Below are positions 9,653 to 19,408 of a DNA stretch of 64,000 nt, piece by piece. The first letter of the stretch is position 1. Each line of letters begins with the position of its first letter. The notes under the pieces were generated by a model. It saw nothing but the letters and a program-made list of their open reading frames with translations. It was not told the origin of the DNA and did no database searches. The translations under genes were made by a program, and so were the position numbers. Source of the stretch: an uncultured Verrucomicrobia subdivision 3 bacterium (GTDB taxonomy: Bacteria; Verrucomicrobiota; Verrucomicrobiia; Limisphaerales; UBA11358); contig CAILMI010000064.1 of assembly GCA_903835255.1 (NCBI GenBank), positions 1,233-65,232 on the forward strand. Direction: 5' to 3'.

Positions 9653-10705
9653 GTGCTCGAAAAACTTATCCAACATCTCCTCGCCTCCCATCCGCTGGAC
9701 GACGGACAAGTGAGGCTCGCTGTGGGCGGGCTCGTCGATGCCGCGGTCTCCTTGGAACTCAAAGCCGGTTTTTTGACCGCCCTGGCTCAAAAGGGCGAGA
9801 CGCCCGGAGAAATCACCGCCTTCGCCCGCGCGCTCAGGGAAAAATCCATTTCGCCCCCGATTGCCGCTGAAACCCGGTCGGAGGCGATTCTCGACATCGT
9901 GGGCACGGGCGGCGACCGCCTAGGCACGATCAACATATCGACGACGGCATCCCTTTTATGTGCAGCTGCGGGCGTGACCGTGGCCAAGCATGGGAATCGC
10001 GCCGTGACCTCGCAATCCGGCAGCGCGGATGTCCTGGAAACGCTCGGCGTCAAGATTGATCTTTCCCCCGAAGCGGCGGCCCGCTCATTGCGGGAGCACG
10101 GGTTCGCCTTTTTTTTCGCCCCCCTTTATCACCCCGCTTTTCAGCACATAGGGCCGGCGCGCCGACGGTGTGCTGAGCGGGGTCAGCGGACGATTTTCAA
10201 TCTGCTCGGGCCCCTGCTGAATCCCGCCCGCCCGTCGGCCATGCTCCTGGGTGTGCCGCGCCCCGAACTTTGCGAAGTGCTGGCGCAGGTCCTGCCCGCG
10301 CTGGGCGTCCGTCGCGCGATGGTGGTTTGCGGGGAAACCGGGAACCCGAACCTCGAAGCCGGAAATTATTTGGACGAGCTGTCCACGCTGGGTCGCAGCA
10401 CCATCGCCGAGTTCGATCCGGAGCGCGGCCTCCGCGTGACCGCCCCCCTGCCGGACTCGTTGCCGCTGCAGCCGGCGTCGCTCAACGATCTGCTGGGCGG
10501 CGATCGGAACGCGAACGCGACGAGTGTGCGGGAGATTTTGTCCGGCCGGGAACGCGGCCCCCAACGCGATGCGGTTTTGCTCAATGCCGCCGCCGCCTTA
10601 TACCTTGCCGGAAAAACGAGCACCCTGAGGGAGGGCTGGGATCTGGCGGGCGGGACGATTGACAGCGGGCGGGCGGAGGCGAAGCTGGCGGAACTCACCC
10701 GGTGA
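9653..10705 (+). CDS. trpD: Anthranilate phosphoribosyltransferase
   Basis: 350 aa. Motifs DIVGTGGD, NISTTASL and AKHGNRAVTSQSGSADVLE. GTG start. Confidence 0.93.
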   Translation: MLEKLIQHLLASHPLDDGQVRLAVGGLVDAAVSLELKAGFLTALAQKGETPGEITAFARALREKSISPPIAAETRSEAILDIVGTGGDRLGTINISTTASLLCAAAGVTVAKHGNRAVTSQSGSADVLETLGVKIDLSPEAAARSLREHGFAFFFAPLYHPAFQHIGPARRRCAERGQRTIFNLLGPLLNPARPSAMLLGVPRPELCEVLAQVLPALGVRRAMVVCGETGNPNLEAGNYLDELSTLGRSTIAEFDPERGLRVTAPLPDSLPLQPASLNDLLGGDRNANATSVREILSGRERGPQRDAVLLNAAAALYLAGKTSTLREGWDLAGGTIDSGRAEAKLAELTR

Positions 10706-10733
10706 GCGGCATTCGCTCCGGTCCGGCTTATAA

Positions 10734-11450
10734 TCAGCGCGGCCGGTTTTTGGCGGTGTCCAAGGCCGCCTCGGCAATCGCCTCTTCTGCAGCATAGTGC
10801 AATCCCAGGTTGTGCTGGGCGGTTTTGTCGCCCTGCCGCGCGGCGCGGATGAACCATTTTACGGCTTCCGCCGTATTTTTCTCCACCCCGCGTCCGGTCT
10901 GGTAGCAGAGGCCGAGATTGCATTGGGCGGGCGCGCATTCCTGTTCCGCTGCGGCGTAATACCATTCCACCGCCGCCTTGAAATCTTGCTCGACGACCTG
11001 GCCGGATTCGTAAAAAACGCCCAAATTGAACTGGGCGGCGGGGTAATTGCGTTCCGCTGCCTCGCGATACCATTTGAAGGCCTCGGCGTAATTGAGTGGC
11101 ACGCCTTGACCGGTTTCATAAAGCAATCCCAGATTGAACTGGGCGGCGGGATCCTCCTGTTCGGCGGCCTCGCGCAGCCACCGCGCGGCCTCGGAATATT
11201 CCTGCGGCACGCCCGCGCCGGTCATGTAGCATACCCCCAGATAACATTGCGCCACCGGATCGTTCTGCTCCGCCGAGCGCCGGAACCACTTCACCGCCTC
11301 CGTGTAATTCTGTTCCACGCCCTGCCCGTTTTGAAAACAAACGCCCAGATAACATTGCGCTTGGGCGTCGCCCTCTAGCGCGGCGGCGCGCAGCAGTTCA
11401 AACGAGTCCCAGGATTTCCGTTGGGTGGCCATGATGATCTCCTCAGACAT
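10734..11450 (-). CDS. Sel1-like (SLR/TPR) repeat protein
   Basis: Six consecutive ~36-aa repeats of the form AQxxLGxxYxxGxGVxxxxxEAxKWYRxAAEQ. Confidence 0.9.
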   Translation of the reverse strand: MSEEIIMATQRKSWDSFELLRAAALEGDAQAQCYLGVCFQNGQGVEQNYTEAVKWFRRSAEQNDPVAQCYLGVCYMTGAGVPQEYSEAARWLREAAEQEDPAAQFNLGLLYETGQGVPLNYAEAFKWYREAAERNYPAAQFNLGVFYESGQVVEQDFKAAVEWYYAAAEQECAPAQCNLGLCYQTGRGVEKNTAEAVKWFIRAARQGDKTAQHNLGLHYAAEEAIAEAALDTAKNRPR

Positions 11451-11610
11451 GCTATCTTTCCGCCTGCTGAAAACAAGCCGTGAAAAGGGGCTGCGGCCGC
11501 CATAATCCGGAACCCATTTTCCCTAAGCAGGTTGCTTGGGGTTGTTTTTTTATGTTCGGCAAAATCCGTTTTCACTTCCGCGCCGCTAAAATGCCTGCTA
11601 CAAACTCCGC

Positions 11611-12426
11611 ATGGCGACTCCATTAAAAATTGGTTTTCTCGGTGCCGGCAAAATGGCCACCGCCCTGGCAAAAGGTTTTATCCGCGCGGAAATCGCCTTT
11701 CCTCGCGAAATCACCGCCGCCGACCCCGTGAATGCCGCCTGCAAACAATTTGCCCGGGAACTGGGCGCCCGGGTCGCCGCCTCCAATCCGGAAGTCCTCC
11801 GGGCGGCCACCGTCTTGATCCTCGCCACCAAGCCGGATCAGGTCGCCGATGTGTTGGCAGAAATAGCCGGCGCGTTCACCAAGCGGCACCTGTTAATCTC
11901 GATCGCCGCCGGCGTGACCCTCGCAAAACTGGAAGCCGGGCTGCCCCCCGGCGCGCGCGTTATCCGCGTCATGCCCAACACCCCCGCCCTGGTCGGGGCC
12001 GGAGCCTCCGCTTTTGCCCTGGGAAAATCCGCGACTGACGATGATGGCGAACTCGCAAAAAAACTGCTGTCCGCCGTCGGCCTCGCGTTTCAGGTCAAGG
12101 AGACGCTGCTCGATGCCGTCACCGGCCTGAGCGGCAGCGGTCCGGCCTACGTCTATCAGTTCATTGAAGCTCTGAGTGACGGCGGTGTGGCCTCAGGTCT
12201 CCCGCGCGAACTGGCCACCCGGCTTGCCGCGCAGACCGTTTTAGGCGGCGCCAGGATGGTGCTGGAAACCGGCCAGCATCCTGGCGCCCTCAAGGATCAG
12301 GTCACCAGCCCCGGCGGGACAACCATTGAAGGGCTGCACGCCCTGGAAAAAGGGCGGCTGCGCGCCACCGTGATCAGCGCCGTCCGCGCCGCGACGGAGA
12401 AGTCTAAACTTCTCGGGAAATCCTAG
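11611..12426 (+). CDS. proC: Pyrroline-5-carboxylate reductase
   Basis: Rossmann motif IGFLGAGKMATALAKG; C-terminal dimerisation-domain motif VTSPGGTTIEGL. Confidence 0.93.
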   Translation: MATPLKIGFLGAGKMATALAKGFIRAEIAFPREITAADPVNAACKQFARELGARVAASNPEVLRAATVLILATKPDQVADVLAEIAGAFTKRHLLISIAAGVTLAKLEAGLPPGARVIRVMPNTPALVGAGASAFALGKSATDDDGELAKKLLSAVGLAFQVKETLLDAVTGLSGSGPAYVYQFIEALSDGGVASGLPRELATRLAAQTVLGGARMVLETGQHPGALKDQVTSPGGTTIEGLHALEKGRLRATVISAVRAATEKSKLLGKS

Positions 12427-12616
12427 ATCAGGATTTCCGCCCCGGTTCTCCAGCGCGTCTGGCCTGCCCGTCTCCTCGCCCTGCCGCCCCTCGCGAGGTG
12501 CCCGGAGATTCTTTCCCGTGACAAAAATTCAGGGGAATGGCACGGGACAACACCCGTTAGTTTTTTCCCGCACCGCGGTTGGCAAAATGCCCGCCGATGC
12601 ATAGAATCCTCCCGAA

Positions 12617-14578
12617 GTGAACCGCATCCGACTCCTAACCGAACAGGTCGCCAACCAGATTGCCGCCGGCGAAGTGGTGGAACGCCCCGCCAGCGTCGTC
12701 AAGGAACTGGTCGAAAACTCCCTCGACGCCGGCGCTAGAAAAATCTCCGTGGAAATCGGCGCCGGCGGCCGCAGCCTCATCCGTGTCACGGACGACGGCA
12801 TCGGCATGAGCCGCGATGACGCCCTGCTTTGCCTCGAACGCCACGCGACGAGCAAAATCCAGCGCGCGGAGGATTTGTCCTCGATCTCCACCCTCGGATT
12901 TCGCGGCGAGGCCCTGCCCAGCATCGCCAGCGTCAGCCGTTTTATTCTAACCACGCGCGAGCGCGAGAGCGCCTCGCCCGAAGGCACGCAGATTATCGTC
13001 AACGGCGGCAGCATCGCCGAGGTCAAGGCCGCCGGCAGTGCGACCGGCACCAGCCTGGAAGTCCGGCAACTGTTCTATAACCTGCCGGCGCGCCGGAAAT
13101 TCCTCCGCACCGAGGAGACCGAGGCGGCGCATATCCAGCATTACCTCACGCTCGCCGCGCTGGCCTTTCCTGAGGTCGCCTTCACCTTTCAAAAGGATGG
13201 GCGCCTCATCTGGCAGCTGCCCGCCGTCCCCAGCGAGCGCGCCGTGTCCAGCCGGGTCGAAGCCCTGCGCGAACGCCTCCGCGCGCTGCTCGGCGAGGAA
13301 AAAATGCTGCCGGTAAATTTTTGCACCGCGCTCGGCGACGGACTCAAGACGGAGGAGACCGATATTTTCGAAACCGCTTCTACGGAACCCCGGGAGGACC
13401 TGGCCGCCGCCGGATCCCAGCTGCGGGTTTGGGGTTTGATCGGTTCCCCGGGGGTTTCCCGCGCCACCCGCGAGAGCCAGTTTGTGTTTGTGAACCGGCG
13501 GCCCGTGGAGAACCGCGGCATCCATTACGCCCTCATCGAGGGCTACCACAACTCGCTGATGAAGGGCCGCTATCCGGTCTGCTGCCTGTTTTTTGAAATC
13601 GATCCCGCTGCCGTGGATGTGAACATCCACCCCTCCAAGCGCGAGGTGAAATTCCATCGCGAATTTGAGATCCGCAAATTCACCGCCCAAGCCGTGCGCG
13701 ATTCGCTGCTGGCGTTTCATTCCGAACCGCTCCGGACGCCCCCCGCCGCCCTCCCGTCGACGCAGGCGGCAAACGATTTGAAATCGGCAACGGAGGCATT
13801 TGCTCTTCCGCTGCCGAACTTCCCGGAACGAGCAATCCCTTCTTCCGCCCCTCTCATTCCCGGCGCCGCCCCCGCGCCCTTGAAAACGGACTTCGGGGCG
13901 TCCTCCCCGGCGCCGCCCAAACCAGTGCCGCCCCCGCCTGTCCTCCCGGGCGCCGCCCCTTTCCCGGCTCCCGCCAGCGCCGCCCCGCTATTGAATGTCC
14001 CGCTGCGGCTGGTCGGCGTGATCGGCAAGCTATATGTCCTGCTCGAATCCGACCGCGGGCTGGTGCTGCTCGACCAGCACGCCGCGCATGAGCGGATCCT
14101 GTTCGAGCAGATGCTCCACCGGATCGAATCCGGCGGCGCGGCCCCGTCGCAAAAACTGCTCCTGCCGGAAACCCTCGAACTGCCGCCGCGGGACGCCCAA
14201 TTTCTGCGCGAACAGCTTCTGGTGCTCACCCGTCTCGGCGTGGGCCTGAGTGAATTTGGCGAGCGCACGTTCCTGCTCGATGCCCTGCCGCCCTTTGTCA
14301 AGGTGGGGGATGCGCGGCGCTTCGTGCTCGATCTTGTGGACGAGCTCAAGGCGGCGGGCCGCGAGGTGAACTTGGCGCGGCTGGGCGAGCACACGATTGC
14401 CAAGACCGTTTGTCGGCACGCCGTGAAGGCCAACGACCCCCTCGGCGGCGCGGAACTGGAAAATCTCGTCGAGGATTTGCGCCGCTGCGCGATGCCCTAC
14501 ACCTGCCCCCACGGCCGCCCGACGCTGATTGAGATGAACTACCGCGAACTGGAGAAGAAATTTGGCCGGACCCAGTAA
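12617..14578 (+). CDS. mutL: DNA mismatch repair endonuclease MutL
   Basis: GHKL ATPase N-terminus (NQIAAGEVVERPASVVKELVENSLDAG), Pro-rich linker, C-terminal endonuclease motif DQHAAHERILFE and zinc motif CPHGRP. Confidence 0.95.
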   Translation: MNRIRLLTEQVANQIAAGEVVERPASVVKELVENSLDAGARKISVEIGAGGRSLIRVTDDGIGMSRDDALLCLERHATSKIQRAEDLSSISTLGFRGEALPSIASVSRFILTTRERESASPEGTQIIVNGGSIAEVKAAGSATGTSLEVRQLFYNLPARRKFLRTEETEAAHIQHYLTLAALAFPEVAFTFQKDGRLIWQLPAVPSERAVSSRVEALRERLRALLGEEKMLPVNFCTALGDGLKTEETDIFETASTEPREDLAAAGSQLRVWGLIGSPGVSRATRESQFVFVNRRPVENRGIHYALIEGYHNSLMKGRYPVCCLFFEIDPAAVDVNIHPSKREVKFHREFEIRKFTAQAVRDSLLAFHSEPLRTPPAALPSTQAANDLKSATEAFALPLPNFPERAIPSSAPLIPGAAPAPLKTDFGASSPAPPKPVPPPPVLPGAAPFPAPASAAPLLNVPLRLVGVIGKLYVLLESDRGLVLLDQHAAHERILFEQMLHRIESGGAAPSQKLLLPETLELPPRDAQFLREQLLVLTRLGVGLSEFGERTFLLDALPPFVKVGDARRFVLDLVDELKAAGREVNLARLGEHTIAKTVCRHAVKANDPLGGAELENLVEDLRRCAMPYTCPHGRPTLIEMNYRELEKKFGRTQ

Positions 14579-14773
14579 ATGGACAGCGCTCAAAAAACAG
14601 AGGGCGGAGACCGCGGGGAATCCTGTTCCGCCCCAGCCGGCACGGACATTGCCGGGGAGCATTGGCGGTTTTGCCTGCAATGCGGGCATGAGTTGATCAA
14701 CGAGAAGTGCAAGCTGCGCTGTCCCCGCTGCCATTATTTCATGAGCTGCTCGGATTTTGATTTCTCAAATTGA
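14579..14773 (+). CDS. Small zinc-ribbon protein (uncharacterised)
   Basis: 64 codons. The ATG directly abuts the mutL TAA stop. Cys cluster CLQC-x8-CKLRCPRC. Third-position GC bias resembles neighbouring genes. No family recognised. Confidence 0.55.
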   Translation: MDSAQKTEGGDRGESCSAPAGTDIAGEHWRFCLQCGHELINEKCKLRCPRCHYFMSCSDFDFSN

Positions 14774-14853
14774 CCCCCGATGCCAGGCAGGAACGCAAAT
14801 TCAACAAGACGCTTTTCATTCGTGCCAACGGGGGGTATTCGTGTAAAAATTCC

Positions 14854-15441
14854 ATGCCCATGAACGAGTGGAACATTCAATCCCGCGCCCACGCCTGCGA
14901 AAGCTGCGGGCAGCCCTTTGTCGACAAACAGCCTTATCACACGCTCCTTTTTGATCAGCCGCCGGAACTGCGCCGCTCGGACATCTGTGACGCGTGCGCT
15001 CAAAAAGACGGCGACGCCCGCAGCCGGGCCGGATTCATCTCGCACTGGCAGGGGGTGTATGAGGCGCCGGCGCCGGTGGTCGACGTCATCCAGAAGGAAA
15101 ACGCTGAATCCATCCTGCGTAAGCTCATTGAGCGAAACGATCCCTCCCACGTGCCTGCGGCCTTCATCCTCGCCGTGATGCTCGAACGCAAACGCATCCT
15201 CAAGGTGAAGGAGCAATTCACCCGCGAAGGCCGCCGCGTCTTCATCTATGAACAGCCCAAAACCGGGGACATCTTCACCATTGCCGACCCGGAATTACGG
15301 CTCGACCAGCTGGAGGAGGTTCAGCGCGACGTGGCGCAACTGCTGGAGCGCGGATTGACTCCCCCCGTCACCCCCGGCGAAGCGGTGGCTCCGGCGGAGG
15401 AGCCAGCGGCTGAAACCGAACCCGCAGCGGTTCCCCAGTGA
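14854..15441 (+). CDS. Uncharacterised protein with N-terminal CxxC...CxxC zinc-ribbon-like module
   Basis: I took the start at ATG 14854 (MPMNEWNIQ...). CESC-x26-CDAC, then a helical segment and an acidic Pro/Ala/Glu-rich tail. The track ORF starts at 14770, but those extra codons look non-coding. Confidence 0.6.
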   Translation: MPMNEWNIQSRAHACESCGQPFVDKQPYHTLLFDQPPELRRSDICDACAQKDGDARSRAGFISHWQGVYEAPAPVVDVIQKENAESILRKLIERNDPSHVPAAFILAVMLERKRILKVKEQFTREGRRVFIYEQPKTGDIFTIADPELRLDQLEEVQRDVAQLLERGLTPPVTPGEAVAPAEEPAAETEPAAVPQ

Positions 15442-15524
15442 AATCATCCGGAATTCCCTGGGCCGGTCGCCCGAGCCCCTGCGGCGGCTCGGGTTTGGAA
15501 TGCGGGATGCCGCAGGCTTGATCT

Positions 15525-16229
15525 ATGTCCACGCTTGTCGAACTCCAACAGCGTCTCGGCTATCATTTCCGGGATGAGAGCCTGCTGCGACTTGCGCTCA
15601 CGCATCCCTCGGTCGCCCACGAAAATGCCGTGGCCTCGCCGCACAACCAGCGGCTGGAATTCCTGGGCGACTCCCTGCTGGGATTGGTCCTCTCCCATGC
15701 GCTTTACCAAAAAACGCCCGGCGCCGACGAGGGCGCGCTGACACAGTCCCGGGCCAAGCTGGTCAATGCCCGCTCGCTTTCCGGGCACGGGCGCGCACTG
15801 GATCTGGGCAGTCACTTGATCTTGAGCCGCGGGGAGGAGCACACCGGCGGGCGCGAACGTCCGTCCGCCCTGGCCGATGCGTTCGAAGCGCTGCTGGGGG
15901 CGGTTTTTCTGGACGGGGGCTTTGAGGCCGCGCGCGCCGTCATCCTGCGCGAATTCAGCCTCAAGATCGGCGAATCCGACGGGATGACGGGCATCGAGAA
16001 TCCCAAGGGCGAACTGCAGGAACTGCTCCAGTCCCGCTCGCCCCACGCCCCCGAATACCAGCTCGTGGGCGTCAGTGGCGCCGCTCATGCCCAGGACTTT
16101 GAATGCGCTGTGCTGCACGGAGGCGTGGAGCTCGCGCGCGGAAGAGGAAAAAGCAAAAAAATCGCCGAGAGCGAGGCGGCCGTGGCGGCCCTGCAAAAAC
16201 TGCGAGGACCCTCCGGATCTCAACTATGA
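15525..16229 (+). CDS. rnc: Ribonuclease III
   Basis: RNase III signature NQRLEFLGDSLL, catalytic region ADAFEALLGAVFLD, C-terminal dsRBD (KSKKIAESEAAVAAL). Confidence 0.95.
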   Translation: MSTLVELQQRLGYHFRDESLLRLALTHPSVAHENAVASPHNQRLEFLGDSLLGLVLSHALYQKTPGADEGALTQSRAKLVNARSLSGHGRALDLGSHLILSRGEEHTGGRERPSALADAFEALLGAVFLDGGFEAARAVILREFSLKIGESDGMTGIENPKGELQELLQSRSPHAPEYQLVGVSGAAHAQDFECAVLHGGVELARGRGKSKKIAESEAAVAALQKLRGPSGSQL

Positions 16230-16286
16230 AAAGCCTCTTCCAATCGCATCGCAAAGTTTTGATTGGCGTCGTTCGCCTAAACAACG

Positions 16287-16778
16287 CTACTTTCCCCCGT
16301 CCAAAAACGTCAGCTTCACGCCGCCCTGTTTGGGTTTTGAAAAACTATCGAGCAAAGTGGGCGCGGGGGTGGGCGCGGGAGTTTTTTTAATTTGCGCTTC
16401 CGCGTTTTGGGGTTCAAGCGCGGAACGCAGGGCGCCCTCGACAAGCTGGGCGCAGTGGATTTTCATGGGCGGCAGCGGCCCGAGCTCACCGGCGAGTTCC
16501 TCGGTCCGGAGCGCGAGCGCCTCCTCAGCGGTTTTGCCGCGGATCATTTCCGTGGCGAGGCTAGCCACGGCGATGGCGGTCTCGCAGCCAAACGACTGGA
16601 ACGTGGCGCGGTCGATGACCCGTTTGCCGTTCTGATCCTTGAACTTCACCCACATCCGGAGCATTTCGCCGCAATCGGCGTTCCCCACTGTGCCGATGGA
16701 ATCCGCCCCCGCCATTTCGCCCATGTTTTGGGGGTTGGCGAGCGCGGCCTGGATGCGTTGCTGCAGGTCTTCAGTCAT
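16287..16778 (-). CDS. Fe-S cluster assembly scaffold, NifU/IscU N-terminal-domain protein
   Basis: Three scaffold cysteines in context (GNADCGEM, SFGCETAIA, KIHCAQL). Carries a ~35-aa Pro/Thr-rich C-terminal extension. Confidence 0.85.
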   Translation of the reverse strand: MTEDLQQRIQAALANPQNMGEMAGADSIGTVGNADCGEMLRMWVKFKDQNGKRVIDRATFQSFGCETAIAVASLATEMIRGKTAEEALALRTEELAGELGPLPPMKIHCAQLVEGALRSALEPQNAEAQIKKTPAPTPAPTLLDSFSKPKQGGVKLTFLDGGK

Positions 16779-16784
16779 TCGATT

Positions 16785-17930
16785 TCAATATTTCGGTACG
16801 TTGCGGTCGATCTCCTCGGACCAGGCGCTGATGCCGCCCTTGACGCTCTTCACATATTTGAACCCCTGCTGGCGCAGGAAAGCCAGCGCCTTGAGGGAGC
16901 GCACGCCGGCCTTGCAGTGGAGATAATACTGCGTGTTCGGATCAAGCTCGGTGAAGCGGCTTTGCAATTCGCTCAGCGGGAGGAGCGGCACGCCCGCCAC
17001 CTTTGCAATCTCATATTCATCGGCTTCGCGCACGTCCACCACCTTGATGCCGAGGCCCGGCTGGTCCAGGGCCTTCTTCATGTCCTGCACGGTGACCTCG
17101 TCGGGATTGCCGATGTTTTCCGGCTCCGGCACGATGCCGCAGAAGGTCTCATAATCGATCAATTCGCGCACGGTCGGATGGTCCCCGCAAATCGGGCAGG
17201 CAGGATCCCGGCGCAGCTTCAATTCGCGGAACTTCATGTCCAGCGCGTTGAACAGCAGAAGTCGGCCCGTAAGCAGGTGGCCCTTGCCCAGCGCGAGCTT
17301 GAGGATTTCCGTCGCCTGAATGCAGCCGATGATGCCGGGGAGCACGCCCAGCACGCCGCCCTCCGCACAGCTCGGCACCATGCCCGGTGGCGGCGGCTCC
17401 GGATACAGGCAGCGGTAGCACGGCCCGCCCAGGTGCGGCGCAAACACGCTCGCCTGGCCCTCAAAGCGAAAAATTGAGCCATAGACATTCGGCTTTTTGA
17501 GCAGCACACAGGCGTCGTTGGTGAGGTAGCGCGTGGGGAAATTATCCGTGCCGTCCACCACGATGTCATAGGGCCGGATGAGGTCGAGCGCGTTTTCGCT
17601 TGTGATGCGCGTGTTATGGAGGACGACCTCGCAATGCGGATTGATGCCGCGCAGGGTTTCCTTGGCCGATTCCGCCTTGGAGCGGCCCACGTCCGCGTCG
17701 GTGTGGAGAATCTGCCGCTGCAGGTTGGAAAAATCCACGGTGTCGAAATCCACGATGCCGATCTTGCCGATGCCGGCGGCGGCCAGGTACATAGCGATGG
17801 GTGAGCCGAGGCCGCCGGCGCCGATGCACAACACGCTGGTGCCCTTGATTTTCTTTTGGCCTGCCAAGCCGACTTCCGGCAGAATCAGGTGCCGCGAATA
17901 GCGGCGGATTTCGTCATTGTTCAATTCCAT
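16785..17930 (-). CDS. moeB: MoeB/ThiF-family adenylyltransferase fused to a rhodanese domain
   Basis: E1-like nucleotide motif CIGAGGLGSP, paired CxxC (CYRC ... CPIC), C-terminal rhodanese active-site loop HCKAGVRS. Confidence 0.88.
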   Translation of the reverse strand: MELNNDEIRRYSRHLILPEVGLAGQKKIKGTSVLCIGAGGLGSPIAMYLAAAGIGKIGIVDFDTVDFSNLQRQILHTDADVGRSKAESAKETLRGINPHCEVVLHNTRITSENALDLIRPYDIVVDGTDNFPTRYLTNDACVLLKKPNVYGSIFRFEGQASVFAPHLGGPCYRCLYPEPPPPGMVPSCAEGGVLGVLPGIIGCIQATEILKLALGKGHLLTGRLLLFNALDMKFRELKLRRDPACPICGDHPTVRELIDYETFCGIVPEPENIGNPDEVTVQDMKKALDQPGLGIKVVDVREADEYEIAKVAGVPLLPLSELQSRFTELDPNTQYYLHCKAGVRSLKALAFLRQQGFKYVKSVKGGISAWSEEIDRNVPKY

Positions 17931-18036
17931 AATTCAAGGCGCCCATCATAGCGCCAAATATGAATAAATCAAATTTCAAAACCGGGGCCGGCGCCCAACA
18001 CCCAGTCTCCGCCCCGGGCCGGCCCTGCGGCGGGGC

Positions 18037-18915
18037 TTGGAAGGGGGTCGCGCTGTGAAATCGGCCAGCCCGGAATCCGCCGCCGCGCGGCTAAAAAAAA
18101 TCACAGCGCTGCGCCCGACGCTCGCCATCGTCCTGGGCAGTGGATTTCATCCTGTGCTGACGGAGCTGCGCGTGGCGGAAAAAGTTTCCCTCGCTGTCAT
18201 TCCCGGCTTTCCAAAACCGACCGTCTGCGGCCATGCGGGCGAATTGTATTTCGGCCATCTCGGCGGGACGCCTGTGCTGGTCCTGAGCGGACGCGCCCAT
18301 TTTTACGAGGGTCACGACATGGAGCGGGTCACGTTCGCCGTCCGCGCCCTGGCGGCATTCGGCATCACGGATCTGTTGCTGACCAATGCGGCGGGCGGAT
18401 TGAAGAAATCCTTCCGGCCGGGGGATTTCATGGTGCTGACCGACCACCTGAATTTCATGGGCGCCAACCCATTGCGCGGGCTGCGGCATCCGAACGCATC
18501 CGGATTCGTGGACCTGACGGAAACCTACGACCCGCCGCTGCGCGCGCTGCTGTTCCGGGCCGGAAAAAAATTGCGCCTGAAATTAAAACGCGGGGTTTAT
18601 CTGGCGGTGAGCGGGCCCAGTTACGAGACGCCGGCGGAAATCCGCGCCTTCGCCCGGCTGGGAGCGGATGCGGTCGGCATGAGCACGGTGCCGGAGGCTA
18701 TCGCGGCACGGCACTGCGGCCTGCGGGTGGCGGCCCTGTCCTGCATCACCAATCTGGCAGCGGGCATCCACCCGGGAACGCTGTCGCATGCGGACGTGCT
18801 GTCCACCGCCGCCCGCGTTAAAAAATCCGCCGCGCACCTGATCCGCCACTTTTCTGAACTATACGGAAAAACCGCCCCGGGAACCCCAGGGGCCACCACC
18901 CGGAGCAAAAAATGA
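18037..18915 (+). CDS. Purine nucleoside phosphorylase (PNP/MTAP family)
   Basis: Motifs LGSGF, GHAGELYFG, FYEGH and GMSTVPEAI. The start is uncertain (TTG 18037 or GTG 18055). 4-nt overlap with cdd. Confidence 0.88.
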   Translation: MEGGRAVKSASPESAAARLKKITALRPTLAIVLGSGFHPVLTELRVAEKVSLAVIPGFPKPTVCGHAGELYFGHLGGTPVLVLSGRAHFYEGHDMERVTFAVRALAAFGITDLLLTNAAGGLKKSFRPGDFMVLTDHLNFMGANPLRGLRHPNASGFVDLTETYDPPLRALLFRAGKKLRLKLKRGVYLAVSGPSYETPAEIRAFARLGADAVGMSTVPEAIAARHCGLRVAALSCITNLAAGIHPGTLSHADVLSTAARVKKSAAHLIRHFSELYGKTAPGTPGATTRSKK

Positions 18916-19310
18916 CCCTCGATACTGAAAAACTCATTCAGGCGGCGGCGCGCGCGCGTCAGCATGCGGTCTCGCCCTATTCCCAATTCAAGGTCGGCGC
19001 CGCCCTGCTCACCATCACGGGGGAGATCATCGGCGGTGCGAACGTGGAGAGCGCCAGCTACGGCCTGACCTGTTGCGCCGAACGCGTCGCCCTGTTTAAG
19101 GCGCTGACAGAGGGGCGGACCGGGTTTGTGGCGGTTGCTGTGGTGGCCCGGTGTGCCGGGGGTCCGATGCCCTGCGGAGCCTGCCGACAGCTGCTGGCCG
19201 AATATGCCCCGGAGGCGGCGGTGTGGGTCGCGGACAGTGAGGCGCTCGGAGTGGTTCATGCCTTTACGGTCCGGGAATTACTCCCCTCCGCCTATCTCCG
19301 TAGGACTTGA
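18912..19310 (+). CDS. cdd: Cytidine deaminase
   Basis: Zinc motifs CAERVALFKA and PCGACRQ; 132 aa. Confidence 0.93.
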   Translation: MTLDTEKLIQAAARARQHAVSPYSQFKVGAALLTITGEIIGGANVESASYGLTCCAERVALFKALTEGRTGFVAVAVVARCAGGPMPCGACRQLLAEYAPEAAVWVADSEALGVVHAFTVRELLPSAYLRRT

Positions 19311-19408
19311 ATCTCCGGGGAGGTTCTCTTGGGCTGGGATTCTCGCGCGGTGTTTTCAGGACTCCCAGCGATTGACCAGTAGCGGATTTTCGGTTAGTCG
19401 TATGCAGC

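Noticed and set aside
10797-11378. An approximately 108-bp periodic DNA repeat.
   Set aside because: It is fully explained by the six 36-residue Sel1 repeats of the encoded protein and is not an independent repeat element.
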